A DNA stretch of 64,000 bases from an uncultured Actinomycetes bacterium (lineage in GTDB: Bacteria; Actinomycetota; Thermoleophilia; Gaiellales; JAICJC01): contig CAWCPM010000010.1 of NCBI GenBank assembly GCA_963797565.1, forward strand, positions 69,834 to 133,833, read 5' to 3'. Under the pieces are notes generated by a model that had not been told where the DNA came from, ran no database searches, and saw only the letters and a program-made list of their open reading frames with translations. The position numbers were made by a program, and so were the translations under genes. This document shows, piece by piece, positions 1-14,729 of this stretch (the stretch's first letter is position 1; the number at the start of each line of letters is the position of its first letter).

Positions 1-240
1 GCCGACCCCGACCGGGCAGCCGACCCCGGCCGAGACCTGTCGGGACGGGATCATGCCGACACCCGCCTGCAGCACCTCGCCCATCACCACGTAGCCGACC
101 TGGTCGGGGCTGACACCGGCCCGCTCCAGCGCGGCACTGCCGGCGTGGATGCCCAGCTGCGGCGCGGGCAGCGACGCCAGGCCGCCGCCGAGGCGGCCGA
201 ACGGGGTGCGCGCGGCACCGAGGATGACGGTTCGTGGCAT
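1..240 (-). CDS. acetyl-CoA acetyltransferase (thiolase), N-terminal 80 codons; gene continues beyond the window edge
   Basis: Own translation of the reverse complement from ATG (238-240) gives MPRTVILGAARTPFGRLGGGLASLPAPQLGIHAGSAALERAGVSPDQVGYVVMGEVLQAGVG.., a typical thiolase N-terminus. It is absent from the ORF track because it is truncated by the window edge. Confidence 0.75.
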   Translation of the reverse strand, partial: MPRTVILGAARTPFGRLGGGLASLPAPQLGIHAGSAALERAGVSPDQVGYVVMGEVLQAGVGMIPSRQVSAGVGCPVGVG

Positions 241-304
241 GAAATCAGTCCCTGATCGCAGTGGTGTGTACTGCCAAGAGGTCTAGCACAGGGGCGCAAA
301 CGGG

Positions 305-333
305 TTGACCGGCCGTCGCCGCCCGGTCATACT
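305..333 (+). promoter_or_regulatory. candidate housekeeping-sigma promoter of the trp operon (TTGACC-17 nt-CATACT)
   Basis: TTGACC at 305-310, a 17-nt spacer, and CATACT at 328-333. The predicted TSS is about 339-341, only 2-4 nt before the leader ATG at 343, and there is no SD. This implies a leaderless or near-leaderless leader ORF. Confidence 0.4.
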
Positions 334-342
334 TCCACTCCC

Positions 343-399
343 ATGCAGACCAAGCCCAACAGCTGGTGGTGGATTCCCGCGCGAGGTACGGACCGCTAG
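343..399 (+). CDS. trpL: trp operon leader peptide, MQTKPNSWWWIPARGTDR (three tandem Trp codons)
   Basis: ATG at 343, tgg tgg tgg at 364-372, TAG at 397-399. It lies directly upstream of a terminator hairpin and trpE. Confidence 0.7.
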   Translation: MQTKPNSWWWIPARGTDR

Positions 400-428
400 C
401 TGCGCCGCGGCACCCGCTCCTCGCACAG

Positions 429-460
429 GCCTTTCGCCGGATCCGGCGGGGGGCTTTTTT
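429..460 (+). terminator. intrinsic terminator / attenuator hairpin followed by a T6 tract, 10 nt before the trpE start
   Basis: GCCTTTCGCCGG-AT-CCGGCGGGGGGC can pair as a 10-12 bp stem including three G-U pairs. It is immediately followed by TTTTTT (455-460), which is rare in this GC-rich sequence. Confidence 0.7.
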
Positions 461-469
461 GTTGCCCCA

Positions 470-1797
470 ATGACAGACGACCGCATCATCCGAACGCTTC
501 CCGCAGACCTGCTGACGCCGGTCGGCGCCTACCTGCTGCTGCGCGAGGCGCTGGGCGCGCCGGCCTTCCTGCTCGAGTCGGTCGAGCGGGGCGAGCAGGT
601 GGGCAGGCACAGCTTCCTGGCGGCCGGCTGCGAGACCACCGACTCGCTGGAGGAGGCGATGGCGTTCACCGCCACCCGCCCCGGGCCCGGCCCCGGCGAC
701 CCGCCGTTCGTGGGCGGAGCGGTCGGCCACCTCAGCTACGACTGGGCGACGCAGCTGGAGCCGGTGCCGCTGCCGCCCGCCCACCCCGACGACGCGGGCC
801 TGCCGCTGATGCGCTTCATGCTGGCCGACTCGGTGGTCGCGTTCGACCACGTCCGCCGCACGATGTCGCTGATCGGCCCGCGCAAGGCGGTCGAGCGGCT
901 GGTGGTGGCGCTGTCACAGCCGCCCGCGGCAGCCGCGGCGGCGCCCCGGCCGGAGGGCGCCGCGCACCGCGAGATCACGCGCGAGCGCTACATGGCGGCC
1001 GTCGAGACCGCCCGCGAGCACATCGCCGCCGGCGACGCGTTCCAGATCGTCCCCTCCCAGCGCGTCCGCCGCGAGACCGGGGCCTCGCCGTTCGCGATCT
1101 ACCGGGCGCTGCGCGGCGTCAACCCGTCGCCCTACATGTTCCTGCTCGACAACGGCGAGTTCCAGCTGGTCGGCTCCTCGCCTGAGGTGCACGTCCGGCT
1201 CGACCTGGACGGCACCTGCGAGCTGCGGCCGATCGCGGGCACGCGGCCGCGCTCGGCCGACCGCACCCAGGACGACGCCCTGGCCGACGAGCTGCTGGCA
1301 TCCGAGAAGGACCGGGCCGAGCACGTGATGCTGGTCGACCTGGCCCGCAACGACCTCGGCCGCGTGTGCGAGCCCGGCAGCATCCGGGTGGCACGCTCGA
1401 TGGTGGTCGAGCGCTACTCGCACGTGATGCACATCGTCTCGAACGTGTTCGGACAGCTGCGCGACGACCAGGACGCGGCCTCCCTGCTGCGCGCGACCTT
1501 CCCGGCGGGGACGCTGTCGGGCGCGCCAAAGGTGCGGGCGATGCAGATCATCTCGGAGCTGGAGGGCCGGCGCCGCGGGGTCTACGGCGGCGCCATCGGC
1601 TACCTCGGCTTCGGCGGCGACATGGACACCTGCATCGCGATCCGGACGATCGCCATGCGCGACGGCGTCGCGTACCTGCAGGCGGGGGCCGGGATCGTGG
1701 CAGACTCCGACCCTGCGGATGAACACCAGGAGTGCCTGAACAAGCTGGCCGCCCTGGGCGCCGCAATCGACCAGGCCGAGACAGGGGTGTACGGGCC

Positions 1798-1801
<4 letters not shown>
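470..1801 (+). CDS. trpE: anthranilate synthase component I
   Basis: ORF 305..1801. The conserved part starts at MTDDRIIRTLPADLLTPVGAYL (ATG 470). Chorismate-binding motifs are present (GTLSGAPKVRAMQII, GVYGGAIGY). Confidence 0.92.
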
Positions 1802-2366
<565 letters not shown>

Positions 2367-2370
<4 letters not shown>

Positions 2371-3395
2371 TCGACGTCGCCATAGCGGCGCTGGTGGAGC
2401 GGCGCGACCTGCTGCCCGAGGAGGCGCACGCGGCCATGATGCAGGTGATGGACGGCGAGGCCACGCCCGCCCAGATCGCCGGGTTCCTGGTGGGGCTGCG
2501 GATGAAGGGCGAGACGGTGGGCGAGATCACCGGCTGCGCCCGCGCGATGCGCGCCCACGTGACCCCGGCGGTCCCGCAGCACCAGACGCTGGTGGACACG
2601 GCCGGCACCGGCGGCGACGGCGCCCACACGTTCAACATCTCGACGTCGGCCGCGCTGGTCGCCGCCGCGGGCGGCGCGTACGTCGCCAAACACGGCAACA
2701 GGGCGGTATCTTCGCGCAGCGGCTCGGCCGACGTTCTGGAGGCGCTGGGCGTGCGCATCGACCTGGCGCCGACCGACGTGGCCGACTGCATCGACGAGGT
2801 CGGCTTCGGCTTCATGTTCGCCCAGGCCCACCATCCCGCCATGCGCCACGCGGGGCCGGTGCGCCAGCAGCTGGGCGTGCGCACGGTGTTCAACGTGCTG
2901 GGGCCGCTGACGAATCCGGCAGGCGCGCAGCGGCAGGTGGTGGGCGTGTACTCGCCGGAGCTGGTGGAGCCGATCGCGGAGGTGCTGGCCGCGCTCGGCA
3001 CCGAGCACGCGCTGGTCGCCCACGGTGCCGGCGGTCTGGACGAGCTGACGCCGACCGGCGAGAATCTGGTAGCCGAGGTGCGGGACGGGCAGGTCGCCGT
3101 GACCAGGATCGACCCGCGCGAGTTCGGCGCCGGGCCGGGATCGCCGGAGGATCTGGGCGGCGGCGACGCCTCCGCCAACGCCGCCATCATCCGCACGGTG
3201 TTCGACGGCGAGACCGGGCCGCGGCGAGACGCCGTGATCCTGAACGCCGGCGCCGCCCTGTACGTCGCCGGGCTGAGCGAGACCCTGGAGCAGGGCGTGT
3301 ACGCCGCGCGCGACGCGATCGACGACGGCCGCGCGACCGCCACCCTGGGACGGCTGATCGAGTTCACCAACGCCCGGGCAGGGGCGGCGGCATGA
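2367..3395 (+). CDS. trpD: anthranilate phosphoribosyltransferase
   Basis: MIDVAIAALVERRDL..DTAGTGGDGAHTFNISTSAA..KHGNRAVSS. ATGA overlap with trpG. Confidence 0.92.
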
Positions 3396-4120
3396 GCGGC
3401 TACCTGGCCCGGATCGGAGGCGACGTCCGCCGCGACGCGCCGGAGCCGACGCGCGGGTTCGCCGAGGCGCTGGCGGCCGGCCCCTCGGTTGCGGTGGTGG
3501 CGGAGGTCAAGCGCCGCTCGCCGTCGCAGGGTGCGATCGCACCGGAGGCGGACATCGCCACCACGGCGGTGCGCTACGAGACGGGCGGTGCGGCGTGCAT
3601 GTCGGTGCTGTGCGCCGAGCGCGACTTCGGCGGCTCGCTCGACCACCTGCGGGAGGCCCGCGCGGCGGTGTCGATCCCGGCCATCGCCAAGGACTTCACG
3701 GTCTTTCCCGAGCAGGTTGCCGCCCAGCGGCTGGCGGGCGCCGACGCGATCCTGGTGATCCTGGCGATGGTCAGCAACGACGAGGCGCGGCGGCTGATGG
3801 AGACGGCGGCGCTGCTCGGCATGGACGCGCTGGTGGAGACGCACTCGCGCGAGGAGATCGATCGCGCCGTGGCGGTCGGCGCGCGCGTGGTGGGCGTGAA
3901 CGCCCGTGACCTGGAGACGCTCGAGGTCGACCGCGACCGGCAGCTGGCGCTGCTGTCGTCGCTGCCGCGCGACGTGATCCGCGTTGCCGAATCGGGCATC
4001 GCGGACCGCGGAGACGTGGAGCGGGCCCGCGATGCCGGCGCCGATGCGGTGTTGGTGGGAACGGCGCTGATGCGCGACCCGCTGCTGCTGGCCGAGTTGG
4101 TGGGGGTGCCGCGTGGCTGA
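3392..4120 (+). CDS. trpC: indole-3-glycerol phosphate synthase
   Basis: [29 protein letters not shown] is the IGPS signature. ATGA overlap with trpD. Confidence 0.9.
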   Translation: MSGYLARIGGDVRRDAPEPTRGFAEALAAGPSVAVVAEVKRRSPSQGAIAPEADIATTAVRYETGGAACMSVLCAERDFGGSLDHLREARAAVSIPAIAKDFTVFPEQVAAQRLAGADAILVILAMVSNDEARRLMETAALLGMDALVETHSREEIDRAVAVGARVVGVNARDLETLEVDRDRQLALLSSLPRDVIRVAESGIADRGDVERARDAGADAVLVGTALMRDPLLLAELVGVPRG

Positions 4121-4682
4121 GCCGCTGGTCAAGATCTGCGGGATCACGCGGGCCGAGGACGTCGCGGCGGCCGTCGAGGCCGGCGCGGACGCGGTCGGGT
4201 TCATCATCGTGCCGTCCAGCCAGCGCGGCGTCGAGTTCTCGACCGCATGTCAGCTCGCCGCCGGCGCCCCGGAGCGGCGTCCGCACCGTCGTCGTCTACG
4301 CCGACACCGCCGTCCACCGCCACTCGTGGGACAAGTTCGACCTCGTCCAGGTGTACGGCCGGTTCCGCCACCCGAACAACCGCACGATCGTCGGCATGCG
4401 CGGGGACAAGGACGACGAGCTGCCGGACGAGGTGCCGGTGCTGCTCGACCTGCCCCGCGATTCGACCCCTGACGAGGAAACGCTGCGCGCGCACTGGCTG
4501 CGGGCCGCCGGCGTTCGCGCGCCGGTGATCCTGGCCGGCAGCCTCGATCCGGACAACGTGGCTGAGGCTGTGCGCACGGCCCGGCCGTGGGCCGTCGACA
4601 CCGCCCGCGGCGTCGAGAGCTCACCCGGCATCAAGGACCCCGACCGCATGCGCCGCTTCATCCGCAACGCAAAGGACGCCAC

Positions 4683-4686
<4 letters not shown>
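4113..4686 (+). pseudogene. trpF: phosphoribosylanthranilate isomerase, split by an apparent +1 frameshift near 4262-4281
   Basis: The N-terminus ([32 protein letters not shown]) is in frame 4113. The C-terminus ([50 protein letters not shown]) is in frame 4351. Both halves are TrpF-like, and the stop overlaps the trpB ATG. Confidence 0.85.
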
Positions 4687-5851
<1,165 letters not shown>

Positions 5852-5855
<4 letters not shown>

Positions 5856-6592
5856 GGATCGAGACGCCGGCGCTGGTCATCTACCTGATGGCCGACCACG
5901 ACACGGTCGAGCTGGCGGAGGCGGCGGTGCGGGGCGGCGCCACGGCGCTCGAGATCGGCATCCCCTTCTCCGACCCGCTGGCCGACGGCCCGACGGTTCA
6001 GCGGGCCGGGCAGCGGGCGCTGCGAAACGGGATGACGGCGACGCGGGCGCTGGAGGTGATCGGCGAGCTGCGGACGCGGATCCCGGTGCCGCTGATCCCG
6101 ATGACCTACGCGGGGCCGGTGATGGCGTACGGCGAGGAGCGGTTCTGCGCCGACCTGGCCGCGGCCGGCGCCAACGGCATGATCGTGCCGGACGTGCCGC
6201 ACGACGAGGCCGGCGACCTGATCGAGGCCTGCCGGCGGAACGGGCTGGACATGGTGCCGATGCTGGCGCCGACCAGCACCGACGAGCGCATCGAGCTGGC
6301 CTGCAGGGGCGCGGGCGGATTCGTGTACCTGGTGTCGGTGGCGGGCATCACCGGGTCGCGGCAGGGGCTGTCCGACCGGGTGGCGCCGCTGGTCGGGCGT
6401 GTGCGCCCGCACACCGAGCTGCCGCTGCTGGTGGGGTTCGGGATCGCCTCGGGGCAGACGGCGCGCGAGGTGATGGACGCGGGCGCCGACGGCGTCGTCA
6501 TCGGCAGCAAGGCGATCGAGGTGTCCGAGGCAGGCGGCGCGGCGGGGCTGGAGCGGTTCGTGGCCGAGGTGGCGACCGCGATCACCAAGTGA
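5852..6592 (+). CDS. trpA: tryptophan synthase alpha chain
   Basis: [34 protein letters not shown] overlap with trpB. Confidence 0.92.
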
Positions 6593-6637
6593 CAACTATC
6601 AACATGTCCTCAATCGCTACGGTCTAGGCTTTGCGGC

Positions 6638-7312
6638 ATGCGTGTACTCGTTGTTGAGGACGACCAGCCGCTGGTCCGCATCATGACCAAGTCGCTCGAG
6701 TCGAACGGATTCGAGGTGATGTCTGCTTTCGACGGCGAGGACGGCCTGCGCGCGGCTCGGGACGACCGGCCGGATGCGATCGTGCTCGACCTGCAGCTGC
6801 CGCGGCTGAACGGGGTCGACCTGTGCCGGCGACTGCGGTCCGAGGGCAACTCGGTGCCGATCCTGATGCTGACGGCGCGCAGCACGGTTCCCGACCGGAT
6901 CGGCGGCCTGGACGCGGGCGCGGACGACTACCTGGTGAAGCCGTTCTCGCTGGGCGAGCTGGCGGCGCGGCTGCGGGCGCTGGGCCGGCGCGGCAAGACG
7001 ACGCCGCAGGTGATCGAGGCTGGGCCGCTGCAGCTGGACACCGGTGCGCGCGAGGCGCGGGTCAACGGCAGCCCGGTCGAGCTGACCGGCACGGAGTTTG
7101 CGCTGCTCGAGTATCTGATGCAGAACGCCGGCCAGGTGCTGTCGCGCGACCAGCTGCGCGAAGAGGTGTGGGGCGAGGGATTCGAACCGGCGTCAAACGT
7201 CGTCGACATCTACGTGCACTACGTTCGCCGGAAGCTGAAGGCGGCCGGGCTCGAGGCCGATCCGATCCGCACCGTGCGGGGGCTCGGGTATGCATTCCGC
7301 CGCGGGGATTGA
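6638..7312 (+). CDS. OmpR/PhoB-family response regulator
   Basis: A receiver domain (MRVLVVEDD..DAIVLDLQLP) plus a winged-helix domain (LTGTEFALLEYL..VRGLGYAF). Confidence 0.9.
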   Translation: MRVLVVEDDQPLVRIMTKSLESNGFEVMSAFDGEDGLRAARDDRPDAIVLDLQLPRLNGVDLCRRLRSEGNSVPILMLTARSTVPDRIGGLDAGADDYLVKPFSLGELAARLRALGRRGKTTPQVIEAGPLQLDTGAREARVNGSPVELTGTEFALLEYLMQNAGQVLSRDQLREEVWGEGFEPASNVVDIYVHYVRRKLKAAGLEADPIRTVRGLGYAFRRGD

Positions 7313-8587
7313 AGATCGCCTCTTCACGCCCGCGCGCATCAGGCTGACAGCCTGGTACGTGAGCGTGCTGGCGGCGGTGCTGATCGTGCTCGGCACCGCG
7401 CTGTATCTGGTGGTGCGGGAGCAGCTGCTGAACGGTGTCGACAACGGCGTAAAGCTGATGGCGGCGAGGGCGACGGAGCAGTGGATCGCCGCCGACACGA
7501 CCGGCAATGGGCTCAGCGGCGGGCCGTACACGGTCAACATCGTGCCGATCGTCGGGTCGGCATCCGGCGCCGCAACTCGGGTCAAACCACCGCTCGAGCG
7601 ATGCATGTGGACATGGCATCGATGGTAGCTGCCTTCAACAACCCCAACGGCACCGACCTGCGCTCATCGGGCAGCTCGGGCGATCGTCAGCGCGTCTATT
7701 CAGTGCGGGTGACGGCGCAGAGCGGCGGGGTGGCGCTGATCCAGGTGACCCGCTCGACCGAACCCGAGCACCAGGCGCTCAGCAAGCTGCTGGCGGGGCT
7801 GCTGATCGGAGGCGCAGGCGGCCTGGTGCTGGCGGGGGTCGGTGGCTGGTGGCTGGCCGGCAAGTCGCTGCGGCCGGTGCGGGTCGCGTTTGCCCGGCAG
7901 CACGCGTTCGTGTCGGACGCGTCGCACGAGCTGCGCACGCCGCTGGCCGTGATCCGCGCCAACGCGGAGTTCCTGCAGCAGGAGCAGCCCGAGAACGTCG
8001 AGGCGCGCGACATCGTCAGCGAGACCGACCGGCTGTCGGCGCTGGTGGACGCGCTGCTGGCGGTGGCGCGGGACGACGACCGCGGCGCGAGGGCGCTGCA
8101 CATGCAGGTCGACCTGGCCGAGGTGGTCGAGGCGACCGTCGCATCGTTCCAGACGGTCACGACCGACCACGAGCTGGAGCTCACGCACGCGTCGCCGGAC
8201 GAGCTGATGGTGATGGGCGACCGCGACCAGCTGCGCCAGGTGCTGGTGATCCTGCTCGACAACGCGGTGCGATACACGCCCGCCGGCGGGCGCATCCACG
8301 TGCAGGCCCGGGCCGACGGCAAGGAGGCGGTGCTGACGGTGCACGACACCGGGATCGGGATCCCCGAGGAGGCGCTGCCGCGCGTGTTCGAGCGGTTCTA
8401 CCGCGCCGACGACGCGCGCAACCGCCAGTCGGGCGGGGTCGGGCTGGGCCTGGCGATCGCACGCGAGCTGGTCACGCGCCACTCCGGGCGGATCTCGGTG
8501 ACGAGCACCGAGGGCGCCGGCAGCACCTTCACCGTTCGCCTGCCCGCGCGACACCTGACCCGTCACGAAACGCCCCCGCCGCCGTGA
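7290..8587 (+). pseudogene. sensor histidine kinase (TM-sensor-TM-HAMP-HisKA-HATPase), frame switch near 7560-7628
   Basis: The N-terminal TM segment (RLTAWYVSVLAAVLIVLGTALYLVV) is in frame 7290 and stops at 7628. The remainder (..FVSDASHELRTPL..DNAVRYTP..GLGLAIAR) is in frame 7481. The start overlaps the RR stop, as is usual for RR-HK pairs. Confidence 0.8.
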
Positions 8588-8807
8588 CCTCGCCGCGACA
8601 ACTGGGCGCTGGCTGAGGTGTCAAACCCCGCTTCAGCCGCCGTGGCACTTCGGCACCACCTCGTGACACCGGATTTACACCCGCTCGGCTCTGGCAGCCA
8701 AACGGCCGGTCGGCGGTGTCAAACACCGCATCGGGCGGCGTGAGGGGTTCGCGGCAGAGCCGGGACACGACTGCGGGAGCCGCGTTGCGGAGTAGATTGC
8801 CGGACGG

Positions 8808-10387
<1,580 letters not shown>

Positions 10388-10391
<4 letters not shown>

Positions 10392-11139
10392 CCGAGATCC
10401 TGCTGACACGAGACGGCCCGGTCACGACCCTCACCATCAACCGGCCCGAGGTGCGAAACGCGATCGGCCCGTCGCTGATCGCGCAGCTGACGCAGATGTT
10501 CTCGGCGCTGGCCATGGACGACTCCCGGGTGATGGTGCTGACCGGCGCCGGCAGCGCCTTCTCGGCCGGCGCCGACATCGACTGGATGCGCGCCAGCCGC
10601 GACCTGGCGTACGAGCAGAACGTCGGCGACGCGGCCGCCGCCCGCACCATGTTCGAGACGATCGACTCCTTCCCCAAGCCGGTGATCGCACGCGTGAACG
10701 GCCACGCGCTGGGCGGTGGCGTCGGCCTTGTTGCCTGCGCCGACATCGCGATCACCGTGCAGAGCGCGATGTTCGGGTTCTCCGAGGTGCGTCTGGGCCT
10801 GATCCCGGCCATGATCTCCCCCTACGTGCTGCGCGCGATCGGACCCGGACACGCCCGCGCGCTGTTCACCAGCGGCCGCCGCTTCGGCGCGGACGAGGCG
10901 CTGTCGCTCGGGCTCGTCCACGCCGTCGTCGAGCCGGACGACCTGGACGCCGCGGTGGCCGAGGCCGCTGCCGACATGCTGCGCGGCGGGCCGGTCGCGA
11001 TCGCCGAGGCCAAGCGCCTGGTCCGCGACGCCACCGCGCCGCTGGCTCTGCCCGACCTGGCCGAGCGGCTGGCCGCCGTGCGGGCCGGCCCCGAGGGCCA
11101 GGAGGGCCTGACCGCGTTCCTTGAGAAACGGGACCCGGG

Positions 11140-11161
<22 letters not shown>
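10388..11161 (+). CDS. enoyl-CoA hydratase (probable methylglutaconyl-CoA hydratase)
   Basis: Crotonase fold ([21 protein letters not shown]) in a liu-cluster context. GTGA overlap with mccB. Confidence 0.85.
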
Positions 11162-12852
<1,691 letters not shown>

Positions 12853-12856
<4 letters not shown>

Positions 12857-13708
12857 CCCCGGCCCGCGTCACCGTGGTCGAGGTCGGGCCCCGCGACGGC
12901 CTCCAGAACGAGGCCGCGATCGTCCCCACCGCCGCCAAGGTGCGGTTCATCGAGATGCTGGCCGCGGCCGGCCTGCCGGTGGTCGAGGCCACCTCGTTCG
13001 TGCACCCGGCCGCGGTGCCGCAGCTGGCCGACGCCGACCAGGTGCTGCCACGCGATCGTCCGCCGACCCGGTGTGCGCTACCCGGTGCTGGTGCCGAACA
13101 TGCGCGGCATGGAGCGCGCGGTGGCCGCCGGAGCCGACGCGGTCGCCGTGTTCACCGCGGCCTCGGAGGCCTTCGCGCAGGCCAACATCCGCATGACCAT
13201 CGCCGAGTCGCTGGAGGCATTCGCGCCCGTCCTGGCAACGGCGCGGGCGGCCGGCATGTGGACGCGCGGCTACGTGTCGACCGCCTTCGGCTGCCCCTAC
13301 CAGGGCGAGGTCGACCCGGCCGCCGTCGCGGACGTGGCGGTGGCGCTGGCGGAGCTCGGCTGCGACCAGATCTCGGTCGGCGACACGATCGGGGTGGCCG
13401 AGCCGGACGCCGTGGGCCGCGTCCTTTCGCCGCTGCTCGAGCGGCTGCCGGCTGAGCGGCTGGCGCTGCACCTCCACGACACGCGCGGCCGCGCCATCGA
13501 CAACGCCGAGGCAGGGCTGCAGCTCGGCATCACCACCTTCGATGCCTCGGCGTCCGGCCTCGGTGGATGCCCGTTCGCACCCGGTGCACCCGGCAACCTG
13601 GCCACCGAGACGCTGGTGTCATGGCTGCACGGCCTCGGCGTCGAGACCGGCGTGGACGAGCCCGCGCTGCTCGAGGCGTCCGCCTACATCCGCTCCCAGC
13701 TCGCCTAG
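12853..13708 (+). pseudogene. hydroxymethylglutaryl-CoA lyase, frameshift near 13045-13057
   Basis: The N-terminus ([24 protein letters not shown]) is in frame 12853. The rest ([37 protein letters not shown]) is in frame 13073. Confidence 0.85.
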
Positions 13709-13710
13709 AC

Positions 13711-14178
13711 CTAGCCCTCCGAGATCTTCACGGTCTCCATGCGCACGTCCTCGACGGGGCGGTCGCGGGCGTCGGTCTCGATCGCCTGGATCGTGTCGAC
13801 AACGTCCATGCCGCCCGTCACCTGGCCGAACGCCGTGTGCTTGCCGTCTAGCCACGGCGTCGCAGGAGCGGTCACGATGAAGAACTGGCTGCCGTTGGTG
13901 TTGGGGCCGGCGTTGGCCATGGCCAGCGTGCCGCGCACGATCGGGTGGTCGTTGATCTCGTCGTCGAACTTGTAGCCCGGGCCGCCGGTGCCGATGCCCT
14001 CCGGACAGCCGCCCTGAATCATGAAATCGGGGATCACGCGGTGGAAGACCAGCCCGTCGTAGAAGCCCTCCCCGGCCAGCTTGGTGAAGTTGGCCACGGT
14101 CTTGGGCGCGTCGTCGGAGAACAGCTCCAGCTCGATCGTTCCGTGGTTGGTCTCGATGGTGGCATTGGTGTTGGCCAT
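13711..14178 (-). CDS. peptidyl-prolyl cis-trans isomerase, cyclophilin type
   Basis: [52 protein letters not shown]. The start is taken at internal ATG 14178. Confidence 0.9.
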   Translation of the reverse strand: MANTNATIETNHGTIELELFSDDAPKTVANFTKLAGEGFYDGLVFHRVIPDFMIQGGCPEGIGTGGPGYKFDDEINDHPIVRGTLAMANAGPNTNGSQFFIVTAPATPWLDGKHTAFGQVTGGMDVVDTIQAIETDARDRPVEDVRMETVKISEG

Positions 14179-14247
14179 GTCGGGCTCCAGTGGTCGCGTT
14201 GAGGTCCCGCACTGTAGTCCGTCCGACCGGCGCGTCAGGCTGCCGAC

Positions 14248-14717
14248 ATGCACTGGTACACCGATGTCATCAAGAAGTACGCGGTGTTCAACGGGCGTGC
14301 GGCGCGTCCCGAGTTCTGGTGGTTCGCGCTATGCAACGTGATCATCTTCGCCGTGATCTACATCGTGGTCGGCATCATCGCGGGCCGCAGTACCGGCCAG
14401 GCCGTCGGCGACCTCTACTCGCTGGCCGTGCTGCTGCCCACCCTCGGCGTCGGCATCCGCCGCCTGCACGACACGAACCGCACCGGCTGGTGGTACCTGC
14501 TCGTCTTCATCCCGCTCATCGGCGGGATCGTGCTGATCGTATTCTGGGCAATGGCCGGCGACCCCGGGCCGAACAACTACGGCCCGAACCCGCAGAACCC
14601 GGACCGGACTCGCGCATGCAGTTCGATCCGCAGACCGGCGAGCGCCTGTCCCCGGCACCGCGGTTCGATCCGCAGACCGGTCAGCCGCTGGCGCCACCGT
14701 CCGACCCGCCCGCCTGA
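14248..14717 (+). CDS. DUF805-family inner membrane protein; C-terminal tail probably continues in another frame (stop 14717 rather than 14781)
   Basis: [24 protein letters not shown] is the DUF805 core. After about 14600, an alternative frame encodes a repeated FDPQTG motif and ends before the convergent gene. Confidence 0.7.
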
Positions 14718-14729
14718 GGTCACCCGCGC

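Noticed and set aside
84-850. ORFs 84..299 and 245..850 on the minus strand at the window start.
   Set aside because: The real gene on this strand is the truncated thiolase (1..240) in another frame. The 245..850 ORF is antisense to the trp leader and trpE.
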